Shown: positions 38,948 through 52,877, numbered from the whole stretch's first letter. The stretch is DNA of 63,794 nucleotides, filler included, from Lenisia limosa (GCA_001655205.1; 16 parts of 16 records of this genome joined end to end with filler, not necessarily neighbours in it), one strand, 5' to 3'. Notes: generated by a model not told the origin, from the sequence alone. Translations and numbers: made by a program.

Positions 38948-40978
38948 TCAGTACAGTTCAATTCAGTTCATTTTGAAAAAAAAAGTTGCTTTCCAGTTAT
39001 TTTGCTCTATTTAGCACCTGCATTTACCCCCCCCCNNNNNNNNNNNNNNNNNNNNNNNNNNNNNNNNNNNNNNNNNNNNTTAATTAATTAANNNNNNNNN
39101 NNNNNNNNNNNNNNNNNNNNNNNNNNNNNNNNNNNCTGCTTTTAGAAACATTACTGGTCTCAAAAAAAGTGGCCCAGAACCTCAACCCTTACTCTATGTA
39201 GCATCATTTTTTATAAAATATTTAGTGGGTGGTTAACAGAACACCATTTTAATATAGCTTCTTGTTTTTTTTTTAGAGCTACGATAAAGAAAGGTTACTG
39301 TATCATTAGACTCTGGTGAGAGACCGGTTCCAAAATGGTTGTCTTAAAAGTCAAAGGCGGTGGTAAACGAGGGAAAATTTTTAATATCAAGCCCAACACC
39401 TCCTTTGCTGATAACGAGGCACTTTTAAGATCAAAAAATGGTAAGTTGGTCAAATATCTTCAGCCTTCGCTCTAACAGCTCATCACTCCAGGAATTGAGT
39501 TGCCAAACTGTCGTATCTTTACCCTTCCTGATGGAGAGGAAGGACAGCGTGGATCTGAAATTATGGCTTCTGACACTGCTGAAAGTGTTGGATTGCGCAA
39601 TGGATCATGGGTCCTGTTTCTGCCAAGTGGGTGTATAGTTTATTTTCACGGTTCTTCAAATTCATGTTTTTGGAGTTTTCTTGATGTGTAATGGATTTTA
39701 ACCATTGGTAGAAGACGAATGCATGGATGAACTCCAATCCACTCCAACAGCCTTACAACCAACACCCACTGCTCCATTGTACTCTACTGCTAGTTAGTTG
39801 GAATATGTTTGAATTCATATGTATTGGCGTTGCTTCTTTTTTAAAAAAATCCCTTATGCTGGAGTGATGGGATACGGTGCCACAAAAGCGACTGGCCTTG
39901 GCTTTGTTTTTTTATTGTTATCAACCCCTGTATGTTGTCATCCAATAGAGTTGATATGGTAATTTTATTCCCTCCCTCCCTCCAGTAATCTTCATTATAA
40001 TTTCCTTATTGTACCCCCCCCCCCNNNNNNNNNNNNNNNNNNNNNNNNNNNNNNNNNNNNNNNNNNNNNNNNNNNNNNNNNNNNNNNNNNNNNNNNNNNN
40101 NNNNCCTCCATCAATGGGTGGGTTGGTCCCTGATAATTTCAATATATTTCTGAACTGTTTCTGTTAAAACTGCAACACTCAGAAACACCACCTCATTGGT
40201 CTTAGATGACGGCAAAATGTTGAAAAAACAAAGAAGTGTCAGTGAACTGAGTAGGTGTAGGATATTTTACATTCGCCAATTTGAGAGGGGATTATATTGT
40301 GATAACGCTGTCACTGTTTTATTTTTATTTATAATGTGTGATTTGAATTATGTCATTGCAACACTTCAATATTGATTATTCTTAGTTTCATTTTCATCTC
40401 TCTTTAACTACTTTTTTGCCTTACTTCCCAGCTGAATTCTTTATTTCAAAAACCAAGACCAAGGAGGTTCCACCAAGCCCGTATATGGGGCGTTCTCCTT
40501 TTTCTGCGCACTCTTTTTTCTTTTGACCTTGATATTATAAGATCATTTTCGTAATCTGATAATTCGTCTTGATGGGGTGTCTACAGTAGATGATATAGTA
40601 TGTTATATTATACATAATGATATTATAGGTCAATGTGTTTTTCTTCCCACTGTAATTCAAATTAATTCCACTTTAGGGAAGCAGGTAGGCGTAGATCTGG
40701 GCATCTATCGGGCCATATTAGCCTGTAAGTGGGGAACTGTGGTTGATTGATATTTAGGAGTTTGTTTTTTTAAAAAATATTCATGGGGCAGGTTTTTTTC
40801 TTCCTCTGTTTGACTTATTAGAGCACCTCCAGTTTCAACACCAACAAATGAGCCTTCCACATCACAGGTTACTGGGCTGTCCGCTTCTTTTGTTTTTGGT
40901 GACAATTTACACAAAGGGACATGCAATAGATCATTTGCAGAACATAGAATATTTTATGAGGAGTATATGACGGTTTAG

Positions 40979-43900
40979 AAACGGATCAATGAGGAAAAGC
41001 AGCGGAGTGAAGAGAAAGCCAGGCTAGAAGCAGCTGAAAAGGATCGCAGAGAAAAGGAAGAGAAAAAGAAGATACAGGAGCAAAAAGAAATTATCCAGCG
41101 AAATCAAGCTGAGGAAGAGAGGAAAGCTAGGGAAGATCGGGAAAGGGAGGAAAAATGGAGGAGTGAGCAGTTGAGAAAGGAGGAAGCCGAGATGTTGGAG
41201 CATAAAGCACAGGAGTTGAAGAAGTCTGAAGAAGAGGCGGAGAGGTTGAAGAAGATAGAAGATGAACAGAGGGAGATAAGAGAGCAGGAACTGAGCGAAG
41301 AGAAGAAACGACTTTTGGAAATTGAAGAACAGCGAAAGTTGTTGAATGAAGAGGAAGAGAGGAGAGCGAGAGAAAAGCGATCACAAGCTGAGCAGAGGAA
41401 GCATGAGGCCGAGGAGAAGCGCAAATTGGAGCAGGAAAGACTTCTGAAGGAAAGAGAAGAAAAGCTCGCAACTTTAAGTGAATCAAGAAGACAAAAGGAA
41501 CTTGAGAAAATGAAAATAAGGTGAGTGGTTGAGCAAGGATCTATNNNNNNNNNNNNNNNNNNNNNNNNNNNNNNNNNNNNNNNNNNNNNNNNNNNNNNNN
41601 NNNNNNNNNNNNNNNNNNNNNNNNNNNNNNNNNNNNNNNNNNNNNNNNNNNNNNNNNNNNNGATTGGGTGAATTAATATTATACTCTAGTCCAATACCTC
41701 TAAAAAGCGTGATGGTGTGGACGGCTGGCCAGATACAACCTTATTTTTTTATTTCTCGTTCCCCCTCCCTTCGAATCAGTAGAGCCAATTTGCTTACTTA
41801 CTCTCGTTGTGTTTATTGAAAATTATATAGTATACTATATATACATGTATATTTGTACATAGTATGTATATATTGTAATTCTTTTTATATTATCAAACGA
41901 AACATGGCTTCCATTTTCCAGGTGTTAATTCACTTAGGAATGAAAGGAAGAGCAAAAAAGAAGCACAGCGAGAGGAGAAGCGTCTGGCCAGGGAAAAGGA
42001 GCGTGAAGAAAGGAATCAGCGGAAGACTGAAGAAAAGGAACTTCGCCGAGCAGCACGTCAGGAATCCAGGACAACTTCAGACCAACACACTCCAGCTGAA
42101 CTTGATTTGGATGAGGACTACTGTGACCTCTCAAGGTTAGGAATGTTGTGGATTTGGAACATAATGGAGAGGGTGGGTGAATACATAACACTAAGAAGGC
42201 AGTTACACCATTTATAATTCCCCTTCTTCCAATTTTTCTGTCCTCATAAATTATAAAATTCTGTGTTTTGCCCTGATTTCATCGTATTTTTCGAAACCCC
42301 AATCCCCAGATCTTTATATTTCAGAGATGAAAGAAGGGTCAAAAAAGCAGAACAGAGGAGCCGGCGGCTGACTGAAGCGCTGCTCCTTGAAAACCGGTCG
42401 CGTAGTGACATATCCGATTCCGACAGCTTGTCTTCTGTAGACTCGGAGGAGATGACGTCATCGAGTGAAGACGTTGAAGACATTGTGGAAGTTTTGCGAG
42501 CCAACCCCACGCCGGGCTCTTTGCTAGCCGCCACATCCCGCTACGCTGTAGGAGGACAGAAATTTGGGAGAAAAGGGGGGTTTTGAAAGTTGGTAAATTT
42601 TGGTCTTGGTGGGTAAAAAAGGAAATTTCCAAGAAAGGATGTTCCAAACACGGCTTCGGTCTACCAATCATTGCTACTTATTGTTAATAGGGACAATCAT
42701 TGATAATGTAGAATTACTACGCAAAAGATATCCCCGCATTCCGTCCCCACATTTCGCTTTTACTCCAGCCTTCTATCAAACACTGTGAGCTGGGCATGTT
42801 CAAGAATCTTGAACAAGGTTAATACCATTGTATGACAGCAGCATGTTATTTTACAACCACATATTCACTCCTTTCAGCTTCACGATCACCAGTTATTTCA
42901 CCAGGAGCTATTGCAGCAAGAAGACAGATTCAGCCATCTATGCAGGTAAATCACATATTTGTATTAATATCCTTCAAGAACCTATTATTTCCCCTTGGTA
43001 AATACAACTCGTGTTTTTCTGACTATACAGGCAACTGCCATTTGTCGATGGGTCATTGCTGAGCTAATTGAGGATGTCTACATACAGGTATTGATATTTA
43101 AACAAAAAGCCTGACCCCCCTCCCCCCTGCATTTTTTTAACGGAATATTTCAACTTATTGTGAAAATGGCCGAAAATTGATTTCTATTGGGAAGGAGCCT
43201 TGATGGACTCGACCTTCTGTTACCTTTTGTAGATCACTTGATGGACTCGACCTTCTGTTACCTTTTGTAGATCACGGAAAAAAAGCGTGTGGAGGAGTGT
43301 GCTAAGGTTCTTTCATCAATGATTGACTATATTGAGTTCTCTGACCGTCTCCAAAAAGACGCCGAATGGGACCAAGGTGGGGGAGTTGGATGGGTACATC
43401 TCATATAATGATATAATATGCATCTATATGCGGCCGTTCAAATGGTTTTTTCGCTACTTCTGGTTGTCTCAAGCAAATCTGCTTTGTATCTTTTTTTTTA
43501 CGATATTCACCCTTTTTGAGAAAAACAAGACTAAAATAGGTCTATATATTGTGTTTATTGCACCAAATTAGAAGTAGAATGACCTTGACTTTGGTTACCC
43601 TTCATTTTCGAGGTGATTTGTTCTACTTCATTTCAAAAGTCGGTTTTAAATACGAGTCACAGTAAAATATTTGGGATACATAGAGCTCTAAATAAGAAGC
43701 CCAAATTTTAAACTTTGAATACCTTTTGAAGCCTATTTGTTGATTAATAGGGATTCTTAGGTAATATACTTGATAATAATAATCACAAAAAATACTCAAA
43801 TTCAAAACATAAATGAGAAAAAACCAGAATTATATCATATGATATAGTATAGTATTATAATAATTATATATGCTACTACTATATTAATACTATATATTTA

Positions 43901-44768
43901 TTATTATATATCAAAAGGTTTTTTCTGGCCGAAGCCGTCCATACCATCACGCTAATAAGCGTTACTGGGTTTTAGTAATTCACCCAACCATTTGCCTTAC
44001 AACTTTGTGCACACAACTTTCTGCGTGCCCAGCATAAACAATAATAATCAAGGACAGATTCGTATATTTCTGACCTCCTTTGTAGCTGAGGCAGAAGTTG
44101 AGCAAGCATTTAATGAAAACACCAACATTGAGCCCCCTAGTGAAGTAAGCTCCCTATCACTCTGGGGATGTTATGGCACGTTTACGTTCTATTATCTTTT
44201 ACCTCGCTTACTTCTCACAAGCCTGCCGTATCTCAGAACAATGATTCGCCCTACGCATCTCGAATTCTAGGGCTTGCTGAAGCACACCAGTAGGCTAAAC
44301 GGTTCTTTCGAGTGTAGAAACTGCTCTCATTTTGTTACTCGTTTAGATCGGTGATGAACGGGATACAAGAGGCCATTCTGATGACGCTTGGAATTCAAGA
44401 TCTAACTCAGGTAGGGAGGATGGCTGATAAAACTGAAGAAGCTCTTTCCATTGTCTTTTGAAAGGGATAGTATAGCACAGTATTTTTCATGGATACCTGT
44501 GTTCTCGAAACGTTGTTATGCCATTCGCCTTTCTCCACTTAACTGCTGCTAGATTGTGGAGTCGACTAACACCATGCAACTTCCGCTTGAAGGGGTGGGG
44601 GGGGGGGGNNNNNNNNNNNNNNNNNNNNNNNNNNNNNNNNNNNNNNNNNNNNNNNNNNNNNNNNNNNNNNNNNNNNNNNNNNNNNNNCTAATGGAACAGA
44701 CTGAAAGCCCTCCACCAAACCGAGCATCCAGATCCGTCACCCCTGATGCCCAACGATGGAGATCATGA
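40979..44768 (+). CDS. Unknown multi-exon protein with a long E/K/R coiled-coil
   Basis: Open frame 40979-41524 is E/K/R-rich. Further GT-AG exons at about 41921, 42326, 42712, 42877, 43031, 43271, 44087, 44235, 44347 and 44553. Stop TGA at 44766-44768. Confidence 0.68.
43925..44036. repeat. Repeat family D (core AGCGTGATGGTGTGGACGGCTTCGGCCAGATAC), possibly non-autonomous Helitron-like
   Basis: Copies at about 4263-4350, 4783-4845, 5003-5030, 41676-41760, 43925-44036, 54846-54905, 57740-57825, 62836-62900 and 63386-63538, in both orientations. Confidence 0.85.
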
Positions 44769-45167
44769 TTTCTGTGGGACGGAGTCAGGGTTTTTTTACG
44801 CTTCTAGGGCGTAAAAGGTGTTGGACGGCGTCATTTGTTTTGTTATTTATTTGATTTTTGTGGTATACTATCGTTTTATGGTATCTATGTTTTGACTGTT
44901 TCTTGATGTACATTATTGTATAATAAGTTTGTGATGTTTTTGAATTCAGCAATTGAAGAGAACCCAGGTTACATAACAAAAAGAGAAACAGGAGAAACAT
45001 AAAAGAAATGAAACAAAATTGACTTGCAAAAACTGTCACTGAATGCAGCAGTCCTTGTCTTTTTTACCCTTTTTCTTTGGAACGGAAACCTAAACTATGA
45101 AAATAGAAAATATCAATCTTATGGTGGGAGTATACATCATACTTAACACATCATACTCCGTACATAC

Positions 45168-45996
45168 CTTCTCCTTTGTAGCGGTTTTGGCCTCATTGGG
45201 AAAGAGAAGTACATGACGGATACCATTACTCCGGGCTACGTCAGCNNNNNNNNNNNNNNNNNNNNNNNNNNNNNNNNNNNNNNNNNNNNNNNNNNNNNNN
45301 NNNNNNNNNNNNNNNNNNNNNNNNNNNNNNNNNNNNNNNNNNNNNNNNNNNNNNNNNNNNNNNNNNNNNNNNNNNNNNNNNNNNNNNNNNNNNNNNNNNN
45401 NNNNNNNNNNNNNNNNNNNNATGACTCACCTCATCTCTTTTAGTCCGAAGTGACGTATCAGCACCCCCAACAATCAGAGCTCTCACTGCGGGCAATGTAC
45501 CTGTGTGGTTTAGGAGGGAAGCAATATATCTGGTTTCACAAAACAAAAGAATGTACGTGACCCAGGTGTTCAGTTATATTTTGGAAGATACTGTTCAATT
45601 ATTTTGAGCTGAAGTGAAGGCATTCGAAAAGAGTTAAATGTCCTGCGTCCTCTCAAAAGCACTCCAACCGTAAGCAGCTGCCGTGTGAAGTGCCGTGTAC
45701 CCTATGTCGTCGGGCATGTTGGGGTCCGCGCCTAGATGAGATTATAAAGGTCATGTTTACCATTGTATTCAAACGTTCTCAATTATGACTGGTTTAGCTA
45801 CACAGTAGAATTCAAATGAACCAGATTTGCCATTGTAGCCCCACAAACCATGGTCGAGAAGAGACTGGACGGTTGCGACCATTGTGTCGTTATTTGGCCC
45901 CTTGGTGGTTTTGCCCTTTTCAGCGCGGTGCAACGCCTTCCCACCCCGCCGTCTTCCACCCCCTCCGCCTCCACCCGTACTGACGGCATAATGCAA
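45168..45996 (-). CDS. Ankyrin repeat protein fragment
   Basis: LHYAVS...VATVQSLLDH|GADPNMPDDIGYTALHTAAAYG...|TLPAVRALIVGGADTSLRTKRDE. Confidence 0.85.
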
Positions 45997-47314
45997 GGCT
46001 GAGAATCCAGATTCAGGGCTCTGGTGGGAATCAAAATAGAAATTAAAAACTATCTGTAAGCAACTGCATACACAAAAGTTTTGTTACAGTACAACAACGC
46101 CCAGGTCAGCTAACTCGGGATGAAAGAAAGGTGTTTAGAGCTTAATCAACCAGTATTTCTTGATTAACAGTTGACACCCCTTTAATACCCTAATTCACCC
46201 AACGGATCACCCCCACCTTCCAGGATAGCTGAGCTTGAAGCATCTCAGGGGGCACGTTTAGTAAGGCGTCAACAACCTCTTTTTGACCTGAACAGTTGGA
46301 GAGTATTTGAAGTATTTATGATAGCTATTCAGTGGAAACAGCCTAGTTGCAATATTGCAAGAAGCTGGTCACTCACATACAGATACAACTCCACCAGCAA
46401 CTTCATTCTACCAAACACTGTCACCCACCCACCTCCACGCCCTGCCATGGCTAAGGGAATCATAAAAGNNNNNNNNNNNNNNNNNNNNNNNNNNNNNNNN
46501 NNNNNNNNNNNNTTAATTAATTAANNNNNNNNNNNNNNNNNNNNNNNNNNNNNNNNNNNNNNNNNNNNATGAAGACTCTAAAGTGGGGAACATCCAACAA
46601 AAGTTGCAATAAAAATGCAAAAAAAAAATGCTCCTAACCTCTCCATGTTTCAGAATAGCGATCCTGTTGCCTGCCGGGACGTGAACAACAGATNNNNNNN
46701 NNNTTCTTGACGGCAGTCAAATGGTTAATAATTGCACCATTTGCTGTGTTAATTNNNNNNNNNNCTTCTTGACGGCAGTCAAATGGTTAATAATTGCACC
46801 ATTTGCTGTGTTAATTNNNNNNNNNNNNNNNNNNNNNNNNNNNNNNNNNNNNNNNNNNNNNNNNNNNNNNNNNNNNNNNNNNNNNNNNNNNNNNNNNNNN
46901 NNNNNCCTCGGTTTTTTTGCAAATGACCTATAGAAGTCAAATATGAAGACTCTAAAATGGGGAACATCCAACAAAAGTTGCAATAAAAATGCAAAAAACA
47001 AAAAAAAATGCTCCAACTAACCTCTCCATGTTTCAGAATAGCGATCCTGTTGCCTGCCGGGACGTGAACAACAGATAACGGTTTTGAAACTCTCTCCACA
47101 ATAGCACCTTGAAGTACAGCGGACTGCACGGCATTGACAACAATAAAAGGAAAGCAACAAATGAGTAAATTGGCGACATTGCTTACATGCAGACTTCGGA
47201 AGGCGAACTGGACTTGGTACACACAAGTTTATCTTATGATCGCCGCCTAAATGCTCATCAGTATTTTTAGACACAATAAGCAGACATAGCTGTTTCAAAA
47301 AAACAAAAAGAATA

Positions 47315-47390
47315 AAAGGCAAGACGCTAGGTATCGAACCAAGGACCATGACGGAATCCGAAACAGGAATTACTTGGAAGATTAGGAACA
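47315..47390 (-). ncRNA. Degenerate tRNA-like sequence
   Basis: GGTCCTTGGTTCGATACCTAG (variable loop plus T-arm/B box) followed by T-rich runs. 5' half does not fold as a tRNA. Confidence 0.28.
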
Positions 47391-47784
47391 AATTGACCTC
47401 CAAAAAGGGGCCCGCTTTATGATTTTTATTACTAGATTGATAAATCGTGTGTACTCTCCCACTCATGGTCAGTTTACATATGGCTATATTAGTTTTATCT
47501 TTTCGGCATTTACCCTAGGTGCTTTTGCATGTTTCCACCCCCCTTTGTTAAGCTTCGAAATGAACCTCCTCTTATTCCTTATTCTTGCTTCTGTATTCAC
47601 CCCGCACCTTCACGAAGCACCATTTTATAATATTTTGCAGTAAAGTCTCTATTGAAACTAGGATCATTTTGATTCAGTGACTCACCCCTCTTTTTTCTAA
47701 ATATTATTATGCTTCACCCCTCCCCCTTTTCACTAATCCACTCTAGCTGCTTATCATTGCTCTCCTCCATTTTAACCCCACCAG

Positions 47785-49231
47785 TTGCTGGGCGGTGTCA
47801 CTGGCTGAAGTATCCACTGACCGTCTCTGTATTGCCAGGAACGGTGAGAGGTCAATAAGCATGCTGTACTAATATCAAGCAAATGATGAAGATTCTTGTT
47901 GTTAACTATACATCTAATTATTGAAACGTATTCGGTCTCATTTTAACATTGTGTTTTCTACCCCAGATTATAACCGTACTACTTTTATTCATATGTATAT
48001 ACTACTACTATATGATATGGTGAGTGCAGAATATGATATCTTTTTTTATTTTGGATTGGAGAGATATGATCCCTTCTTTCTGGAACCATATTGATGTTGA
48101 AATCAAGAGATTTTGTTTAATCAAGTCTAGAAACACACTCTAATTTCCACAGAGAGAGAGGAGGGGGGGGGGCTGGTAGAGAGAGAGAGAGAGACATCTT
48201 CAAATATAAATCCTGGATAAAAAAAAAAGACAGAAACGAGATGCTGTACGATTTTACTTATCANNNNNNNNNNNNNNNNNNNNNNNNNNNNNNNNNNNNN
48301 NNNNNNNNNNNNNNNNNNNNNNNNNNNNNNNNNNNNNNNNNNNNNNNNNNNNNNNNNNNNNNNNNNNNNNNNNNNNNNNNNACAAAGTTGACAAGGGGTG
48401 CAACGGAGGGTGGGAGGGGTGCTGCTCTATACTTGACCGTATTCTGACTTAGTCCTTCCCGAATCGACTAAAGCGTATAACTTAGGGAAATTGACTTGTT
48501 CTTACCATAAAGGGAAACTAACTCATTCTTACTATAAAGAGAAATTGACCTGGCTTGGCAGTGGGCTCAGCAGCACGGACTCCCGACTCTCTCGTGTTTA
48601 CCTTATCACGGTTCGTGTTGGGGTTAATATAGTTTTCTTTCTTATTGTTGTTTTTTTGTTTAACTTCGTTTTACTTCCAAAACGCCACCCTCTAAATCCC
48701 CCAGGCATCGACTGGTTCTGCAAGAAGAAATGTGACCACGGGCGGAGGATGGAAACTTATGCTCCAGTGGGGGGGGGAGGGCAGTCTTGGTCTTAACTGG
48801 GACATGTTGTTGTAACGAATGTGGCACTTACAACATTGAGCTATATTCACCCTCTGACCTCAACAATTTCCCATTTCTTTTGTTTTATGATTCTAAAAGA
48901 GTATTTACCCCCCTCCCCCCGACTGACCTGGGCTTTGTTTGTTGTGTTGTTATCAACCGTGTGTGGTCAGCCAACAGTGTTGTTTTGGGGGGGGGGGTTT
49001 GTTNNNNNNNNNNNNNNNNNNNNNNNNNNNNNNNNNNNNNNNNNNNNNNNNNNNNNNNNNNNNNNNNNNNNNNNNNNNNNNNNNNNNNNNNNNNNNNNNN
49101 NNNNNNNNNNNNNNNNNNNNNNNNNNNNGAAATCCTGAGTAACGGACCGGTGCAAGGGGCTTTCTGGGTATTCGACGACTTCAACTCCTACAAACATGGC
49201 GTGTACGTTAGGACGTCTTCGTTGATTATGG
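47785..49231 (+). CDS. Cathepsin B-like cysteine protease, partial
   Basis: CWAVSLAEVSTDRLCIARN; LAWQWAQQHGL; EILSNGPVQGAFWVFDDFNSYKHGVYVRTSSLIMG. The scaffold ends before the catalytic His. Confidence 0.9.
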
Positions 49232-49591
49232 GTGAGGGGTTGTTACAGGGATGACAGAATAATGAGTGTGATGTAGGATATAGCCTTTATTATGTTGGGT
49301 TATGGANNNNNNNNNNNNNNNNNNNNNNNNNNNNNNNNNNNNNNNNNNNNTTAATTAATTAANNNNNNNNNNNNNNNNNNNNNNNNNNNNNNNNNNNNNN
49401 NNNNNNTTAGCCAACAGAGTTGATTTTGAACTTTTTTTTTTTTGTTTCATAAATTGTTCAATTATACTCCCTCCCTTCCATAGCCTCGGCTTTGGTTTTG
49501 TTTTTTCAACCCTTGTGTGTTTCGCAAATGCTTGCCAACAGAGCTGATTCTGGGTCTGTTTCATACATTTTCCAATTTACCCTGCCCCCAG

Positions 49592-50975
49592 GATCCAGGC
49601 GACATGGAATGGGCAATACAAGGCTTACAGAATGTGCTGCTACAAGCGGAAGTCGACTTAGCACGTGACCGGACGTGGCAGGTGGGGAGAGGGGGTGAAC
49701 AGAATGAAAGGAATACATTTTTTAAAATACATATGATCAAAACAAGGGAAACAAGATACAAATTTAGGACCATGACATTAAAAAAACAAAAAGTAGCTTT
49801 TTTGACTAAATAATACTATATGGACCAGAATAAGTCATGTCCGATTTTCTATATGATTATCGAAGGGAAATAGTCAATACTTGATATCATCATATGTATT
49901 AAAGTTAGAAAGGGGATGAACTTTTGGCATTCTGCAGTATAACTTCACCATCGTTTTTATCTTCACAATCGTCACCAACTTCACCGCTTCACTATCGTCA
50001 CCACGGGGGGGAAGTGCAAAAAACGAATAGAAGAATGATAGGGAAGCGCCCCCATAATATTTTTCTCCCCTCTCTCCAGCTGGGCTTTGTTAATTTATTT
50101 TTTTGTTTTTATCCCTCGTTTTACTCCCCCCCCCCCNNNNNNNNNNNNNNNNNNNNNNNNNNNNNNNNNNNNNNNNNNNNNNNNNNNNNNNNNNNNNNNN
50201 NNNNNNNNNNNNNNNNNNNNNNNNNTTTCAACGAATTTGTGGCCATGGTAGATAAGTCAGAAATCAGAGAGGCTTGCTCAATCGGTGAGTGTTCCTTCTT
50301 TTGCTCAATTATCGAGTCTTTCTTTTGCACTACCCTTTCCCTTGTGTATTTTCCAAATGCTCAGCCAAGAGANNNNNNNNNNNNNNNNNNNNNNNNNNNN
50401 NNNNNNNNNNNNNNNNNNNNNNNNNGGAGTGATGGGATGCGGTGTTACAGAAACGACTGGCCTAGGCGTTGTTTTGTTGTTTTCAATCCTCGTGTGTTGC
50501 TAGCCAACGAGTTGATTTTGGTCTTTTCTTTGTTTTTTTTTCAAAAAACAAATATATTTTTAATCCCTCTCCCCACAGACCCCCGACTCTCACGGCTGCT
50601 CCGTCTGCCCCTACCGCCCTCTGCTGCTGAGGCGCTTTGCAGCATGGAAAGTGCCAGGACGTGGAATACTGACCAGGGTGGGGGGGGGGTTCATAAAAAT
50701 ACCACTTTTATCACGTTTTATTTTAAAAAAACTACAGACTCTGTCACCCCCTTTTTAGATGAGCCGTATTTATGTGTACTCGTTTATGAAATCATTTTGG
50801 GTGCCTCCTTGGCATTTTTTCCTCCATCATACAATCCAATAACCCCCCCAGGACCAGTTGTATGTCTTCTGTCCCCGAGTTTCCCCCATGCTATTGCGGC
50901 TGTTATTCACCCCCCACGTGTCCTGGCACAACAAGAGTCGCCATCAATGTCCAAGTACGATGGATGGTTGTTTTT
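49592..50975 (+). CDS. Unknown multi-exon protein fragment
   Basis: Exons with GT-AG borders at about 49592-49680, 50226-50285, 50580-50660 and 50851-50965. No family recognised. Confidence 0.38.
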
Positions 50976-52748
50976 TTGGCGGTGCAGTCACTATTGAAAC
51001 TTGTACCATAAAGATGGAGTTTGAAACAAGGATAATAAAGATGGATTATCAAGAAAGTAGTTGGATCTTTGTTCAGTAGAGCTTCCCTACGGTCCTATAA
51101 TAGACAGAATTTGTTGATAAATCTCGATAAATATCGGTATTTTGACGGTCTTTTTCGGACCGCAGGGAAGCCCCATTGATCAACTGAGCCATATTTTTAG
51201 TTAATGAACAATCCTTAACCATCTCCCCCAGTCTGTATATTGAGACATCCTCACAGCCGAAGTTCGAGATTTCCATTATTTATCGTTTGCCATTCCAGGA
51301 GGTTTGAGGATTTGGCTAGAATTTGAGGGTTTGTCTGGAGTTCTCTTAACTTACTGATAGACTTTTTCTTGCCAAATTGAAGCCTTTGATGTTGATATTT
51401 CTGTCATGAAAAGGGTACCCAATTCAAATGAATAGGACAATTTGAGCTTTTATCTTACCTTGTATACCTATAACAGATTGGCGATAAAACCTTCTTCTCA
51501 TCTCTATGTCTCATTTGAATTTTGTGATAATATATCATATGTAGCTAGGCTGGGATTTTACTTTGTAGGCTGAGACTCTGCTGCCCTTTGCCCTCGTACG
51601 ACAGCAAGCCACTGATGGGAAGGCTCTTGTAAATAAAGTTTGAGGGTGTAATAAGGCTATGTAATTACTATTAGGGCTTCGGTTCGAAAAAAGTGGAACC
51701 CAAGTTCCAAGATTTGAATTGTCTTGTTCCTTCAGAGTAGTGGACACAGCCACACCTCCAATGACCTATAATAAACCCTCAACCTTCAATTCAACTCACT
51801 CCCCCCCCCCCCCNNNNNNNNNNNNNNNNNNNNNNNNNNNNNNNNNNNNNNNNNNNNNNNNNNNNNNNNNNNNNNNNNNNNNNNNNNNNNNNNNNNNNNA
51901 TGAACTCTAATTTAGTTGTGTCTGTTTTCTTCTGTTGTTTCCTGTATCGGTTCTAATGATCATGGTAGATGATGAAGTGAGTGTTGTTCATGCTTCAAAT
52001 GAGTGACAACCTACCTACCCACTCTTTCCAAGAAATTAGTGTTGAATTTTGACGCATCAGACTCGAATTTCAATCTTTGTCAACTATTTCAAAATTTAAT
52101 TGATTGCCCCAAGATCTTCTTTTTATCAGGGGTAATAAAAGTATAAGGTGGTACTGGCAGAGATACTGTACAACCTTGATTTTTATTTCTCATCTCTATC
52201 ATATAGCTAATATATTATTTATGTCTCAAGTCCGCCGTTCTGCTAACACTAATTTATCAAGAAACATTTCAAAAGAACAGGTACAGAGACGAAGAGGAGT
52301 TACTTGTAATAGTCGGCCTCCTTATACTCCCCAGATAAGATTTTCTCGAGATGCGCCTTGGTAATTTGGTAGGATGCCTGAGGGTGAGTTGGGAAGGGAT
52401 TTGGAGCTGGATATATATAAAAAAAACACGTAAAACCGAGGGCTATAAGAAACTACAACTGTTCAAGCCAATATACCGAGCACATAATTTCAAAGAACCC
52501 ACTTTAGTTCCAAAACAACAATATTCAGGACCAAAGAGCCTGTAACTACAACAATATTCAGGACCAAAGAGCCTATAACCACAACAAGCAGAAAAACCGA
52601 AAAGAACAAAAATATATAAAAACAAAAGGCTATAACCAGCGAAGATAAGGGGAGCGGGGGGATTTCAATTAGCAAAACAATAACCCAAATTGCATTATGA
52701 GTTGGGCAAGGAAAAACACAGAGCAAGACACAGAGAAGCACCAAAAAT

Positions 52749-52877
52749 CATTGACAAAGCACAGTCAAGAGCACTATTGACAAACAGCACAGTCAAGAGG
52801 CACTATTGACAGACAACACAGTCAAGAGGCACTATTGACAAACAGCACAGTAAAGAGGCACTATTGACAAACAGCAT
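52749..52877. repeat. 29-bp minisatellite, about 4.5 copies
   Basis: Unit CACTATTGACAAACAGCACAGTCAAGAGG starts at 52772, 52801, 52830 and 52859. Confidence 0.9.

Noticed and set aside
40976-40978. In-frame TAG before the coiled-coil, suggesting stop-codon reassignment
   Set aside because: GGTTTAG is better explained as a splice acceptor. TAA (RPS8), TGA (EFCAB9-like) and TAG (SH3) all appear as normal stops.
41104-42671. Minus-strand Ser/Leu/Phe-rich ORFs (41104-41424, 41127-41486, 42244-42534, 42339-42671) and 61259-61864
   Set aside because: Antisense shadows of E/K- or D/E/S-rich plus-strand exons.
43930-43960. Family D core GTCCATACCATCACGC resembling the 5S rRNA 5' end (SINE3)
   Set aside because: No internal A/C boxes or downstream 5S sequence.
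46570-47075. Duplicated blocks 46570-46693/46946-47073 and 46725-46816
   Set aside because: Interleaved with N gaps at a scaffold start. Most likely an assembly or scaffolding artefact.
49924-50997. 357-aa ORF (longest in the track)
   Set aside because: It spans N gaps, introns and family E repeats, so it is not a real reading frame.
52749-52877. 29-bp repeats as a CRISPR array
   Set aside because: Direct head-to-tail units with no spacers, in a eukaryotic context with no cas genes.
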